A stretch of DNA of 64,000 bases from Camelus dromedarius (taxonomy: Eukaryota): positions 51,090,001 through 51,154,000 of the forward strand of contig NC_087447.1 of NCBI RefSeq assembly GCF_036321535.1, written 5' to 3'. How positions within the stretch are numbered: the stretch's first letter is position 1; each line of letters begins with the position of its first letter. The notes below the pieces were generated by a model. The model was not told the origin of the DNA and did not search any database. It saw only the letters and a program-made list of their open reading frames with translations. Shown here piece by piece: positions 1 through 13,117 of this stretch. A program made the translations under genes and the position numbers.

Positions 1-1515
1 TTTTATTCCACATATGAGCAATCTCATATGGTATTTTTCTTTCTCTTTCTGGCTTACTTCACTTAGAATGACATTCTCCAGGAACATCTGTGTTGCTGCA
101 AATGGCATTATGTTGTCGGTTTTTATGGCTGAATAGTATTTCATTGTATAAATATACTACCTTTTCTTTATCCAGTCATCTGTTGATGGACATTTAGGCT
201 GTTTCCATGGCTTGGCTATTGTAAATGAACATTGAGGTGCAGGTGTCTTTTTGAAGTAGGGTTCCTTCTGGATATATGCCCAGGAGTGGGATTACTGGGT
301 AATATGGTAACTCTATTCCTAGTCTTTTGAGAAATCTCCATACTGTTTTCCATAATGGCTGCACCAAACTACATTCCCACCAACAGTGTAGGAGGGTTCC
401 CTTTTCTCCACAGCCTCTCTAGCATTTGTCGTTTGTGGACTTTTGAATGATGGCCATTTTGACTGGTGTGAGGTGATACTTCATTATAGTTTTGATTTGC
501 ATTTCTCTGATAATTAGTGATATTGAGCATTTTTTTCATGTGCCTATTGATCATTTGTATTTCTTCCTTGGAGAATTGCTTGTTTAGGTCTTCTGCCCAG
601 TTTTGGATTGGGTTGTTTGTATTTTTCTTATTAAGTCATATGAGCTGCTTATATATTCTGGAGATCAAGCCTTTGTCGGTTTCATTTGGAAAAAATTTTC
701 TCCCATTCCGTAGGTTGTCGTTTTGTTTTACTGGTGGTTTTCTTTGCTGTGCAGAAGCTTGTAAGTTTAATTAGGTCCCCTTTGTTTATTCTTGCTTTTA
801 TTTTTATTGCTTGGGTAGATTTTCCTAGGAGAATATTTTTGAGATGTATATCAGATAATGTTTTGCCTATCTTTTCTTCTAGGAGGTTTATTGTATCTTG
901 TCTTATATTTAAGTCTTTGATCCATTTTGAGTTTATTTTTGTGTATGGTGTCAGGGAGTGTTCTAGTTTCATTGATGTATGTGCTGCGCTCCAGTTTTCC
1001 CAACATTATTTGCTGAACAGACTGTCTTTATTCCATTGTATATTCTTGCCTCCTTTGTTGAAGATTAGTTGACCAAAAGTTTGTGGGTTCATTTCTGGGC
1101 TCTCTATTCTGTTCCTTTGGTCTATGTGTCTGTTTTTGTACCAATACCATGCTGTTTTGATTACTGTAGCTCTGTAGTATTGTCTGAAGTCTGGGAGTTA
1201 TTCCTCCAGCCTCTTTCTTTTTCTTCAGTAATGCTTTGGCAATTCTAGGTCTTTTGTGGTTCCATATAAATTTTTATTATGATTTGTTCAAGTTCTGTGA
1301 AATATGTCCTGGGTAATTTGATAAGGATTGCATTAAATCTGTAGATCGCCTTGGGCAGTATGACCATTTTAACAATATTGATTCTTCTAATCCAGGAGCA
1401 TGGGATATCTTTCCATTTTTTTTAAGTCTTTTTTAATTTCCTTAATCAGTGTTTTATAGTTTTCCATGTATAAGTCCTTCACCTCCTTGGTTAGATTTAC
1501 TCCTAGGTATTTTAT
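1..1515 (-). mobile_element. Young 5'-truncated LINE-1 (ORF2 C-terminus + 3'UTR), continuing beyond the window start
   Basis: ORFs [24 protein letters not shown] and [24 protein letters not shown] are L1 ORF2; near-identical to 36520-37162. Confidence 0.93.
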
Positions 1516-1539
1516 GCATTTCCTAGTATTTTTTTTTTC

Positions 1540-3802
1540 TCTACCTTTACATGAGATGGAAAGGCCAGAGGGGAACTTGAGTTGACTAATCTCCCTTCCC
1601 ATGTATCAGATAAGGTTCTGATAAAGTGGTTACCCCTGGAGGCAAAGCCTGTAATGGAGAACATTCCGCATGTATTTCAAAAGGGTTACTTTTCTTCTCC
1701 CTCTACCCAAAACAGAAGATGATTTTTCTCTTGATCTTTACTATGAGAACCTGACAGAGTTCCTGGATACACAATCCACAAATGTGTGGGGGCCTGTATA
1801 AATTAGGCCTCCAAGAATTTTTATGTCTCAAGAGAGTCCACACTCAGCCTCTAGAAATTAGTCAAAATTACCACTTACTTAAACTGCTTCAAGCAGTTAT
1901 TGGCTCCAATGGCTTCTGTTTCTAGTAAGCTGATCTTGGCTGTGATTTTCTGCACTCACCTGTCTCTCCAGATTTCATAGTGATGGTTTACCCTGTGACT
2001 TCAATTCTCAGATGGACCTAAGAAAAGTCACTGAATTTCAGTTTGTTTCATTTTTTTTTTTCTTGTTTTAAGAATTGGAGTGACAACTTCTATGCTCTTT
2101 ACATATCAAAGTTGAAACTGGAAGTCCTCTCTGATTAGATTAATGGGTTTTGGTTTTCTTTAAATATTGTCCTTGTATCCTGTGTCCATCCTAACCTAAT
2201 CTACTCATTCTTGAATTGTTTTTTGTAGATTTCTTGAGGTTTCATACATAAATAATCAGGTCCTCTGCAAATAGAAATAGTTCTATTTCTTCCTTTCCAA
2301 ACCATTTGCCTTCTTCCTCACTTATTGCACTGCCTAGGACAATAATATGCTGTTGAATAGAGTGATGAGACATCCTTCATGCTGTTGAATAGAGTGATGT
2401 GACATCCTTCCTCTTTCCAGGTCTTATTTGGAAATGAGCTCAGGCTTTCACCATTCAGTACAATGGCAGCTTTAGGTATAGTGTAGATCATCTTTATCAA
2501 GTGAAGGAAAGTTCCTATTTTTAGTTTTCTGACAGAATTTATCAAGAATGGAAGTTGAATTTTATCAAGTGATTTTTCTGCATGTATGGAAATGATTATA
2601 TTATTTTCTTCATTATGTATGTTAACATGATAAAATTCATTGATTTTCAACTGTGAACCAGCCTTGCATTCTCAAGATAAAACCCCTCTGATCATGACAT
2701 ATTTCCTTTTTATATAGTGCTGGCTTAAGTTTGTTAACTTTTTGTTCAGGATTTTTACATTTTTATTCACAAGGGATATTAGTCTCAAGATTTCTTAAAA
2801 TGCTTTTTAATGGATGTGTTATTTATTGTGATGTCAGAGAAGTGCTGACATCATAGAAATGCATTAGGAATTCTCTTTCTCCTTCTATTTTCTGGAAGAG
2901 ATTTGTAGAACTGGTCTTGTTATTTCCTTGTGCATTTGGTAAAAGTCATCATGAATACATCAGCACCTGGAATTTTCTGTTGGAAATTTTTCCACTATAA
3001 ATTCAACTAATTTAATAGATATAAAACTATAAGTTATGTATTTCTTTCTGAGAGTTTTGATAGTTTGTATCTTTAAAGAATTTTTCCATTTCATCCAAAT
3101 TGTCACCTTTATGAGCACAGAGTTGTTTATAGACAATGATATGCTCGTAAATAATTAACAGCAGGCTCTCCAGGAATATAAAGACCTGATTTGTAGTGTT
3201 TTCCAATTTTTGTAGCTTAAATAATACAACCACACCTAATTTCATAACTGGTTTAACAACTGGTTTCAAAAATTCTGAAATGTAGTACTGGCTCTTGTGA
3301 GCCAATGTGAGGCAGCTCCACTGTCCACACTACTTCATTATTATCCTTTTTAATGTCTAGAGGGTCTGTAATGAGGAACATTCTTTCTTTCCTAATAGTG
3401 AAAATATGTGTCTTCTCTGTTTTTGTCTTGGTCATTTGACTAGAAGTTTATCAATTTTGTTAATTTCTTCAAAGAATAAGGTTTTAATTTTCACTGACAT
3501 TTTCTATTTCTTTGTTTCTACTTCATCAGTTTCTGCTCTTTATTATTTCTTTCCTTTTGCTTATTTTGAGTTTAATTTGCTCTTCTTTCTCTAGTTTCTT
3601 AAAGAGAAAGCTTAGATTATTGATTTGAGACTCTTCTTTTCTAATATAAGCAGATAATCCCAGGGTTTTTCCTCTAAGCACTGGTTTAGTGGTAGTCCAC
3701 CACTTTTACTATGTCACATTTTAATTTTCATTCAGTTCAAAGTATTTTCTAACTTTTCTTGAGATTTATATTTTATCTATGGGTTATTTAAGGCTGTTTT
3801 TA
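1540..3802 (-). mobile_element. Old degenerate LINE-1 (L1M-type) fragments; the host element resumes at 10379-10743 and 11330-11405
   Basis: ORF2-like peptides (IIISIHAEKSLDKIQLPFLI; KGDNLDEMEKF); collinear continuation after the TSD at 10358-10378. Confidence 0.8.
3140..3325. mobile_element. hAT DNA transposon fragment (MER63-like)
   Basis: Interrupts the L1; ctgatttgtagtg...aacaactggtttcaaaaattctgaaat...gagcc...cagctccactg resembles the MER63 consensus as recalled. Confidence 0.5.
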
Positions 3803-3823
3803 AAAATACTTGGGATTTTTCCA

Positions 3824-6800
3824 ATTCTGAGAGAACGAAATAGAAATTCTGGTATCAAAGAACTCAACAAATAAGATGGAGAATGCATCAGAAAGGACTG
3901 AAAATGGAGCAGATCAGATATGAGACAGAATAAGTGAGCCGAAAGGTTGGAATCTTGGAACGATTCAGGTAGAAAAGGAGACAGAACTAAAGTTTAGTAA
4001 CTCCATTATTAGAGCCAACATAAGGATAATGGATATACCAGAAAGAGAAGAACAGAAAAAAGGGGCAGAGAGTTTATTTAAGGAAATAACAGCTGAGAAC
4101 TTCCAAACCTGGGCAAAGAACTGGACATACAAGTCCATGAACCTAATTGATCACCTTATTATCTCAATGCAAAAAGACCTTCTCCAAGACATTATAATAA
4201 AGCTGTCAAAAATCAGCAATATATTAAAAATCTTAATGACTGCTGGAGTGTGGGGAGAGAATAACCTTAAAAAAAAGAAAAACCCAGTAGACTATCATCA
4301 AATTTCTCAACAGAAACTCTACAATCCAGGAGAGAGCGAAATGACAGACTCAAAATATCAAAATATCAAAATCACCATCTCAAAATGTCTATTCAGCCAA
4401 GTGATCCTTCAAATATGAAGGAGAAATAAAGAATTTCCTAGACAAACAAAAGCTGAGGGAGTTCACCACCACTAGATCTGCATTATAAGAAATGTTGAAA
4501 AGAGTTCTTCTATCTGAAACAAAAAGGCAAAAGTACACAAAACTCTGAGTAAGGTAATAAATAGACAGAATCAGGAAACTAGAACTCTATTTTAGGAAAG
4601 GGTGTTAAACATTTAATTATAGCATAAAGGTTAATGGAAAAGAACACTAAAAATAACTATAACTACTATAATTTGGTAATAACCTCACAGCATAAGAAGA
4701 GAGAATTTCTGGCAGCAAAATTTTATAAAAGAGGAAGAGTAGAAGGACAGTACCTGCATGAGCAAATGAATATAAGTTGCTATCAGTAGCAAAAGGACTA
4801 ATTTATCTATGAGACATTTTATGTAAACCTCATGGAAACCACAAAACAAAAATCTAGAGCAGAGACACAAAACATTAAAAAGAGGGGAAAGTGAGCAAAC
4901 TGAGAAAACTACCAATTTTAAAAGGTATAATGAGAGCTTGGCCAAGACGACAGACTAGGAAGATTTTAAGCTCAACTCCTCTCATGGGCACACCAAAATT
5001 ACAACTATTTACAGAGCAACTATTAATAAGAAAGACCAGAATCTAGCAGAAAAAAACTTCTACGATTAAGATATAAAGAAGAAATCATGAGACACAAAGG
5101 AGGGGTGGAGTCACAGTATACTCAAGACCCATACCACCAGCTAGGCAACCTACACATGTGAAGTGAACCACAGTTGCAGAGGTACTCAGCAAGAAGCAGT
5201 CGTTCTGAGCCCCACAATGGGCTCTCTGGCCCAGGGGCCCTGTATCAGGAAGATGATCCCCAAATGTTCAGCTATGAAGGCTAGCAGGGCTTACTTTGAG
5301 GAGACCCAGAGGGCTGTGGAAAATAGAGACTCCATTCTTAAAGGGTAAACACAACAATCTCACGTGTCCCAGGACCCAGGGCAGAAGAAGTAATTTGAAA
5401 GAAGGCTCATTCCAACCTGCCTGCTTATCTTGAAGAGTCTCTCAGAGAGGCAGGAGGCAACTGGAGCTCATCCTGGGAACACAGACACTGGTAGCAGCCA
5501 TTTGTAGGAGCTCATTCTACCACCTGGACACTGGTGCTGGCAAGGAACATTTTGGAATCCTCCTAGTTTATTAGCCCCAGGACCCAGCCCACCCACCAGC
5601 CTGTTGGCAGCAACACTGAGACACCTCAGGCCAAGCAACTACCTGGATAGGGACAGAGCCCACTCACTAGCAGGCAGGCTGCCTTAAGACCTCCTGAGTC
5701 CACAGGAACACTGGGACATGTCCCATACATTAGTGCACAAGCACAAGTCCCAAGACACTCACCCACCAGAGGGTCTATACAAGCTTTTGAACACCCCAGA
5801 CCACAGAGCCCACTGTGTAAGGAACTGGATCCACCAAATAGCGGGACACACTAGCTCCAGGATCTCTAGGGCCTGTAGTCAGAGATCCTAGGACCTGGCT
5901 CCTGCCCACCAGTGAACCAGAACTCACCTATGATGCCCAAGGCCCTGGCGCCACTCACCAGCAGGCCAACACCAGTTTTGGGGACACCCTAGAAACCACA
6001 ACAAGCCATGTGAAGAACCAGCAACACTCACCAGCAGGCAACAAAAGCAGTAATATCATCTACATCTGCAATAAGCAGTTAAGTAATACAAAACAAAAAG
6101 ATGTAAAATATTATGTCAAAAACAGTAACTATGTGGAAAGGGAACTGAAATGCAGGGTTGTTAAAATGCATTAGAAATTAAGAGATTAGCAACTTAAAAT
6201 AATCATAGATGTAGATATAGATATCTTGCTATTATAAACCTCATGGTAACCAAAAACCAAAAATCTGTAACAGATATACATGTAAAAAAGAGAAAAGAAT
6301 CCAAACACAACACTAAAGATAGTCATCAAATATCAAGGGGAGGACAAAAGAAGACAAAAGGGATCAAAAAAATCTAAAAACAATTTACAAAATGTAATAA
6401 GTATATAGTTATCAGTAACTACTTTAAATGTAAATGGACCAAATGTTCCAATCAAAAGACACAGAGTGGCTGAATGGATACCAGAACAAGACCCATATGT
6501 ATGCTACTTACAAGACTTACTTCAGATCTAAAGACACACACAGATTGAAAATAAGGGGATGGAAAAAAAGTATTCCATGCAAATGTAAACGAAGAGAAAC
6601 TCAGGGTAGCAATACTTATATCAGATGAAATAGATGTTAAAACAAAGACTGTAATAAGGGACAAAGATGGGTATTACATAATGGTCAAGGGATCAATCCA
6701 AGAAGATATAAAAATTGTAAATATAAATGTACACCCAATATAGGAGCATCTAACTATACAAAGCAAGTATTAACAAACAAAAAGGTAGAAAATGACAGTA

Positions 6801-9800
6801 ACATAATAATACTAGGGGAATTTAACACCCCACTTACATCATTGAACAGGTCATCCACAAAAAATCAACAAGGAAACACTGAACTTAAATGACACATTAG
6901 ACCAAATTGACTTAATCAAGAGTATGTAGGCAATCTATAATTTCACCTTTTTAATAGTCCCTATCATTCCAGAGCTGTTTTTATCACTATTATTTACAAA
7001 ATAAATGGATCACTGAAGAAATCAAAGAATAAATTAAAAGGTACCCAGAGACAAATGAAAATAAAAAACACAGCAAGCCAATATCTATGGAACACAGCAA
7101 AAATAGTTCTAAGAGGGAAGTTTATAGTGATACAAGCCTACCTCAGGAAACAAGAAGAGCCTCAAATAAACAACTTACCCTTATGCCTAAAGAAACTAGG
7201 AAAAGAAGAACAAGTAAAACCCAAAGTTAGTAGAAGGAGAGAAATAATAAAGATCAGAGCAGAAATAAATGAAATGGAGACTAAAAAATTTCAAAAGATC
7301 AATGAAACTAAGATTTGGTTCTTTAAAAAATAAACAAAATTGGTAAATCTTAAGCCATAATAATCAAGAAAAAGAGAGGGCCCAAATCAACAAAACCAGA
7401 AAAAGAAATTGCTAGACTAAGGGAAAAAATTACTCAAATAAATAAAATTAGAAATGAAAGAGGAGGAGACATTACAATTGATACTGCAGAAATACACAAA
7501 ATTATAAGAAAGTACTATGAACAAATATGCCAACAAATTAAATAACCTAAAAGAAATGGATACATTTCTAGGAACATACAACCTATCAAGACTGAATCAG
7601 GAAGAAACAGAAAATCTGAACAGTGCAATAATGAGTCAAGAGATTGAGGCAGTCATCAAAAATCTTCCAATACAGAAAACTCCAAGACCAGACAACTTTA
7701 TCGTTGAATTCTACCTATCATTTAAAGAATCAACACCAATCCTTCTCAAACTCTTCCAAACTATCAAGGAAAACACTTCCAAATTCATTCTATGAAGCCA
7801 GCCTTGATACTAAAACCACAATAAAAGGAAACTATCAACCAATATCCCTGATATATATAGATGCAAACATTCTCAACAAAATAACAGCAAACTGAATTCA
7901 AGGATACATTAAAAGAATTATACACCATGATCAAGTAGAATTTATCCCTGGGATGCAAGGATGGTTCAACATATGCAAATCAATAAATGTAATTCATCAC
8001 ATCAACAAGATGAAAGATAAAATCACATGATCATCTCAAAAGACACAGAAAAAGCATTTAACAAAATACAACAACCTTTCATGATTTATAAAAAAAATTT
8101 AACAGTTTGAGTATAAAAGGAACATACATCAACATAATAAAGGCCATATATGATAAACCCACAGTTAACATTATACTCAATGGAGAAAAACTGAGTGTTT
8201 CCTCTAAGCGCAGGAATAAGACAAGGATGTTCACTCTCACCACTCCTATTCAACATAGTACTGGAAGACCTAGTTAGAGAATTAGGCAAGACAAAGAAAG
8301 AAAAGGCATCCAAATCAACAAGAAAGAAGTAAAATTGTTGCTATTTGCTGATGACATGATCTTATATATATATAATCCTGGAAAGTCAATCAAAAAACTG
8401 TTGGATTTAATCAATGATTTCAGTAGAGTAGCAAGATACAAAATCAACATACAGAATTTGGTTGCATTCCTTTACACTAATGATGAAGCATTAGAAAAAG
8501 AAATAAAGAAAACCATCCCATTCACAATAGTATTAAAAGTAATAGAATACTTAGGAATAAATGTAACCAAGGAAACGAAAGATCTGTACAGTAAAAACTA
8601 TGAGACTTTGCTGAAAAAAATTGAAGACACAAACAAATGGAAAGACATGCCATGTTTATGGACTAGAAGAATTAATACTGTTAAAATGTCCATAATACCC
8701 AAAGCCACTTATGTATTCAGTGCAATCTCCATCAAAATACTAAAGGCATTCTTCACAGAAGTAGAAGAAACAATCCTAAAATGTGTGTGGAACCACAAAA
8801 GACCCTGAATAGCCAAAGCAATCCTAAGAAAAAAAGAACAAAGAACAAAGCTGAAGGTATCACACTTCCTGATTTCAAGCTACACTTCAAGTTATAATAC
8901 TACAAACAGTATGTTACTATGACAAATATAGATACATAGACCAATGGAACAGAATAGAATGCCCAGTACTAAATCCTGGAATATATGGCCAACCAACATT
9001 CAATAGGGGAGCCAAGAACTCTAAATGGGGAAAGGACAGTCTCTTCAAAAATTGGTACTAGGAAAACTGGAAAAACATATGCAAAACAATGAAATTGAAC
9101 TCCTATCTTATAACACTCACAAAAATTAACTCAAAATGGATCAAGACTTAATTAAACAAAAGACCTGATACCATAAAACTCCCAGAAAACACAGGGAAGA
9201 AGCTGACCAATATTGGTCTTGGCAATGACTTTTTGGACACAATGCCAAAAGCACAAACAACAAAAGCAAAAATCAACAAATGGGACCACATCAAATACAA
9301 AAGCTTCTGTGTAACAAAGAATAAAGATAGCCTAGAGAATGAGATCAAATTTTTACAAACCATGTATCAATCAGATAAGGGGTTAATATCCAAAATACAT
9401 TAAGAAAGTATACAAGTTATTAATAATAAGCCTGATTAATGGGCAGAAGAATTAAATAGACATTTTCCAAAGAGGAAATCAAAAATGGCCAACAGGCACA
9501 GGGAAGATGCTCAATATCACTAATCATCAGGGATGTGCAAATAAAAACTACAATGACATATCACCTCACACCTGCTAGAACAGCTATCATCAAGAAGACA
9601 AGAGACAAAAGAAGTGGTGAAAAGGTAACCCTTTTATACCGGTGGGTAAATTAGTTCAATCACTATGGAAAACAATTAGGAGGTTCCTCAAAAAATTAAA
9701 AATGAGGTCTAGCATACCAATCCAGCAATTCAACATCTGGGAATATACCCAAAGGAAATGGAAACAAGAGTTCAATGTGATATATGATATACCCACATTT

Positions 9801-10357
9801 ACTGAAGCAGTATTCACAATAGCCAAGATATGGAAACAACTCAAATGCCACCTCAAATGGATGAATAGATTAAAAAGATGTAGTATATACACATAATAGA
9901 ATAGTATTCAGTCATGAAAAAGGAGGATATCTTGCCATTTATGAGAATATGGATGAAACTTGAGTACATAGTCTAAGCAACGTAAGTCAGACAGAAAATA
10001 AGTACTGTATGATATCACTCATATGTAGAATCTAAAACTGTCAAACCTATAAAAAGAAAAAAAACAAAAAAACAAAGAGTAAAACAGTGGTTACCAGGGG
10101 ATGGGGTTTAAGGGATAAGACTGATGGTGTTCAAGGGTACAAACTTGTAACAAGCACCAAATAAGCCATAGAGACCTAATACACAGTATATTGAATATAG
10201 ACAATAATATTGTACTAGATGCTTGTAACATGATAAACATTATTACAATGACAACTATATTGCAATAAATATATATGTATCAAAGTAATACGCTATACAC
10301 CTCACACTCACACAATGTTATGTATCAAACTTATCCTATTTAAATAAGTAAATAAAT
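3824..10357 (+). mobile_element. Composite ~6.5-kb LINE-1: ORF1 3' part, nested second L1 5'UTR (~4932-6045), ORF2 (EN ~6390, RT ~8335), 3'UTR and A-rich tail
   Basis: ORF1 peptide IPEREEQKKGAESLFKEITAENF; RT motif LFADDMILY; imperfect 21-bp TSD aaaata[c/t]ttggga[tt/ag]tttcca at 3803-3823 and 10358-10378. Confidence 0.9.
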
Positions 10358-10743
10358 AAAATATTTGGGAAGTTTCCAGATATCTTTCCATTAATGATTT
10401 CTAGTTTAATTCCATTTTGGTCACAGAACATCCTTGGTATGATTTCTATTCTTTTAAATTTGTCAAGATTTGCTTCATGTCCTAGAACATAGCCGATATT
10501 CTATATATTTGTTGATTTTCCTGTCTGTTTGTTCCGTCCATTACTGAAAAAAGTGCTGAAGTGTCTAACCCTAGATTTTTCTATTTCTCCTTTAAATTCA
10601 TCAGATTTGCGTCATGTAATTTGAAGTTGTATTATTCAGTGCATACACATTTAGGATTATTACATGTTACATGACTCATTTAGTATTATGTAATGTCCGT
10701 CTTTATCACTAATAATTTCCCTTGTTTCGAAGGTTATTTTGCC

Positions 10744-11329
10744 TGTTATTAAAACCAAGCAGGACCCTGTGGGGTCCTCCCGGGTACAAAAGCTTTTCTA
10801 TTACTAGTTTGTGGGGAAAAAATTTCAGCCTCCTAGACCTTCCCTGAGTTCCATCAAATAATTACTGATTAGGGGAGTAAGGAAATGCAGAAAGAAATAA
10901 TAGTGCAGCATGGGTCAGGGTCCTGGTTCCCCCTTGGGGAATGTGCATAACAACCTGATACATATATCTGAATTCCTCTCCAGGAACTAGGGTGCCCACC
11001 CAGGTGGAGGATGGTAACTACAAGCTGAGCACAAGTACAGGGACCCAGACTGCTTGGAAACAGAAGGCTAAAGACTCAGATTCTTGGAACACCACCCTGT
11101 TACCTCACCACTAACCAATCAGAGAAAGGCGACACACCCTGAAGCCTTCCCCACAAATTTTGCCTATAAAAAGCCTTCCCCAAAAACTATCAAGGAGTTT
11201 GGGCTTTTTGAGCACAAGTTGCCTATTCTCATTGCTTAGTCCTGCAATAAATCTTTCTCTGCTCCAAACTCCGTTTTGGTTTGTTTGGCCTCACTGTACA
11301 CAGGAAACAGAAACTTGGGCTCAGCAACA
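10744..11329 (+). mobile_element. Solo ERV LTR (ERV1-like)
   Basis: TGTT...AACA termini interrupting an old L1; CCAAT 11115-11119, TATAAA 11165-11170 and AATAAA 11246-11251 in U3-R order; no clean TSD. Confidence 0.8.
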
Positions 11330-12674
11330 ATATCAATATAGCCACTCCAGATTTAATTTGGTTAGTGTCTGTATGTTTTTGCATTATTTTACCTTCAATC
11401 TGTATGCAGTCATCTGCATAAATTGAATAAAAATCTGTCCTTCTCTTCACTGGGATATAATTGGACAAATTGATTGTGTAATCAAGGTCATTTCTGAAGA
11501 ATCATATTTGAGAATATACTTCATTCAATCTGATACAACAAGTGCCCAGTCCCCACTAAGGACACAGAGGTAACTGGTATTTGGAAACAATGCTTACAAG
11601 CATTCCTAGGCAAACTGTCTGATGTCCATTGTTGTACACTGTCCCAGCATTACAGGTAGTAAGAAAGGTCACTGACTAACAGGAAAAGGAGAGAAGAATT
11701 TGCCTACATTTCTAAGTATGCGGATGAAACCTGGTGCAAATAAATTTATTTTGTAAATACTAGTGATAAAAACAGCTCTGGAATGATAGGGACTATTAAA
11801 AAGGTGAAATGCTAGATTCCCTACATACTATTCAGTCAGAATCTAATTTAATGACTTTAGCAGTTGCTTAACATAATCTAGCTCTAGATTTCTGGATATA
11901 CAACAAGGAACCTTATGTGTGTTAACCATTCTGACTGTGCCAATGTAAATTATGAAGCCAAGTAACACAAAATCACAATGAGATCAGCCTTTAATTAATC
12001 TACAAAAGTTATTTACAATCATAATAGGAGATTTAATTTATTCAAAACTTAGAAATAAGGCAAAAGTTGATTGCTGGACCTTGTAATATCACGGTTAGTA
12101 CATTATTTAACACGCACAGCTAAGGGTCATTTGACTCTTAGGGGAACATACCTTTCACTGAATTACTATTTACTATTGATCAAGGCCAGACTATGCAAAG
12201 TTAGATGTTGTCTTTTAGAAAACTAATAAAAATGGAAATGATTCTTGTCAAGTAGAGATGTAAATGATTTTTGGTAGAACAGATAACTCCAAAAGGATGT
12301 CCTTATTGCCACAGAATATATTAACCAAGTTAAAATACTAGGTTTGTAGCCAACTTAGCAACGTAACTTCAGCATTTCTTGCTGCACTGACTACATGCAT
12401 GTTGGTTTCTCACTTCTCTTTTGAGTGGGTTTTGTCATTGTGATTGTTTCCACATTAACATGCTAAAGAAAACTTGTACTTGGCTCACAATCTGTATGCA
12501 TGAGAATTACATTTTTATAATTTTGAGATTTATACTTTCACAAAAGCATATTAAAATGTTCCACAAAAATGTCAATTTTGCTGGAAAAACAGGAACTCAG
12601 CTGAACTTTCAGGTACAATTCTCAGAACTTCTGTACCTATTTTTATTTCACTATTGATCAGATTAACCACTCAA

Positions 12675-13117
12675 TTTTTACAAGCAATCTCAAGAATAAT
12701 AAATACACTAACAAATAATAATCAACTCACCATCACCATCAATCCCTAAACATACCCAATCAATAAAGAGTGACCGAGAATAACTTTTAGAAATAAAACC
12801 AATTTCTTTGCTATGAAAAATTAAACAAACATCCAAATTTTTAAAATCATGTGCCAACACCACTTCAACCACCTCTGACCACACAATATGCAAGTAAAGA
12901 AAGCTCCACAGTCAAACCTAAAAATACAACCCCCTAGATAACCATATTTTAACCCAAGGTTTCAGGATACTCCTCAGTAGCCAGAATACAGAATAATAGT
13001 ATAACTAAACACTGCAAGCATACAATCTTAATATGCTAAAATAAAACAATTAACCCTAAAAAAACCCAAATTTATTACAATAACGTATCCAACCCTACCA
13101 CTTAAAATAAGTAAGAC
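12675..13117 (-). pseudogene. Nuclear mitochondrial segment (NUMT), degraded ND6
   Basis: In the mitochondrial code the minus strand gives collinear ND6-like blocks: LILSG.VGYVIVMNLG/FLGLIV (13045-13112), ATEEYPETLG (12952-12981), LMVMVSWLLFVSVFIILEIA (12683-12742); + strand is A/C-rich and G-poor like mtDNA; frameshifts present. Confidence 0.85.

Noticed and set aside
8335..8808. Reverse-transcriptase ORF (LFADDMILY) as a functional RT or retron-like system
   Set aside because: Fragment of a frameshifted, deleted L1 ORF2; not an intact gene.
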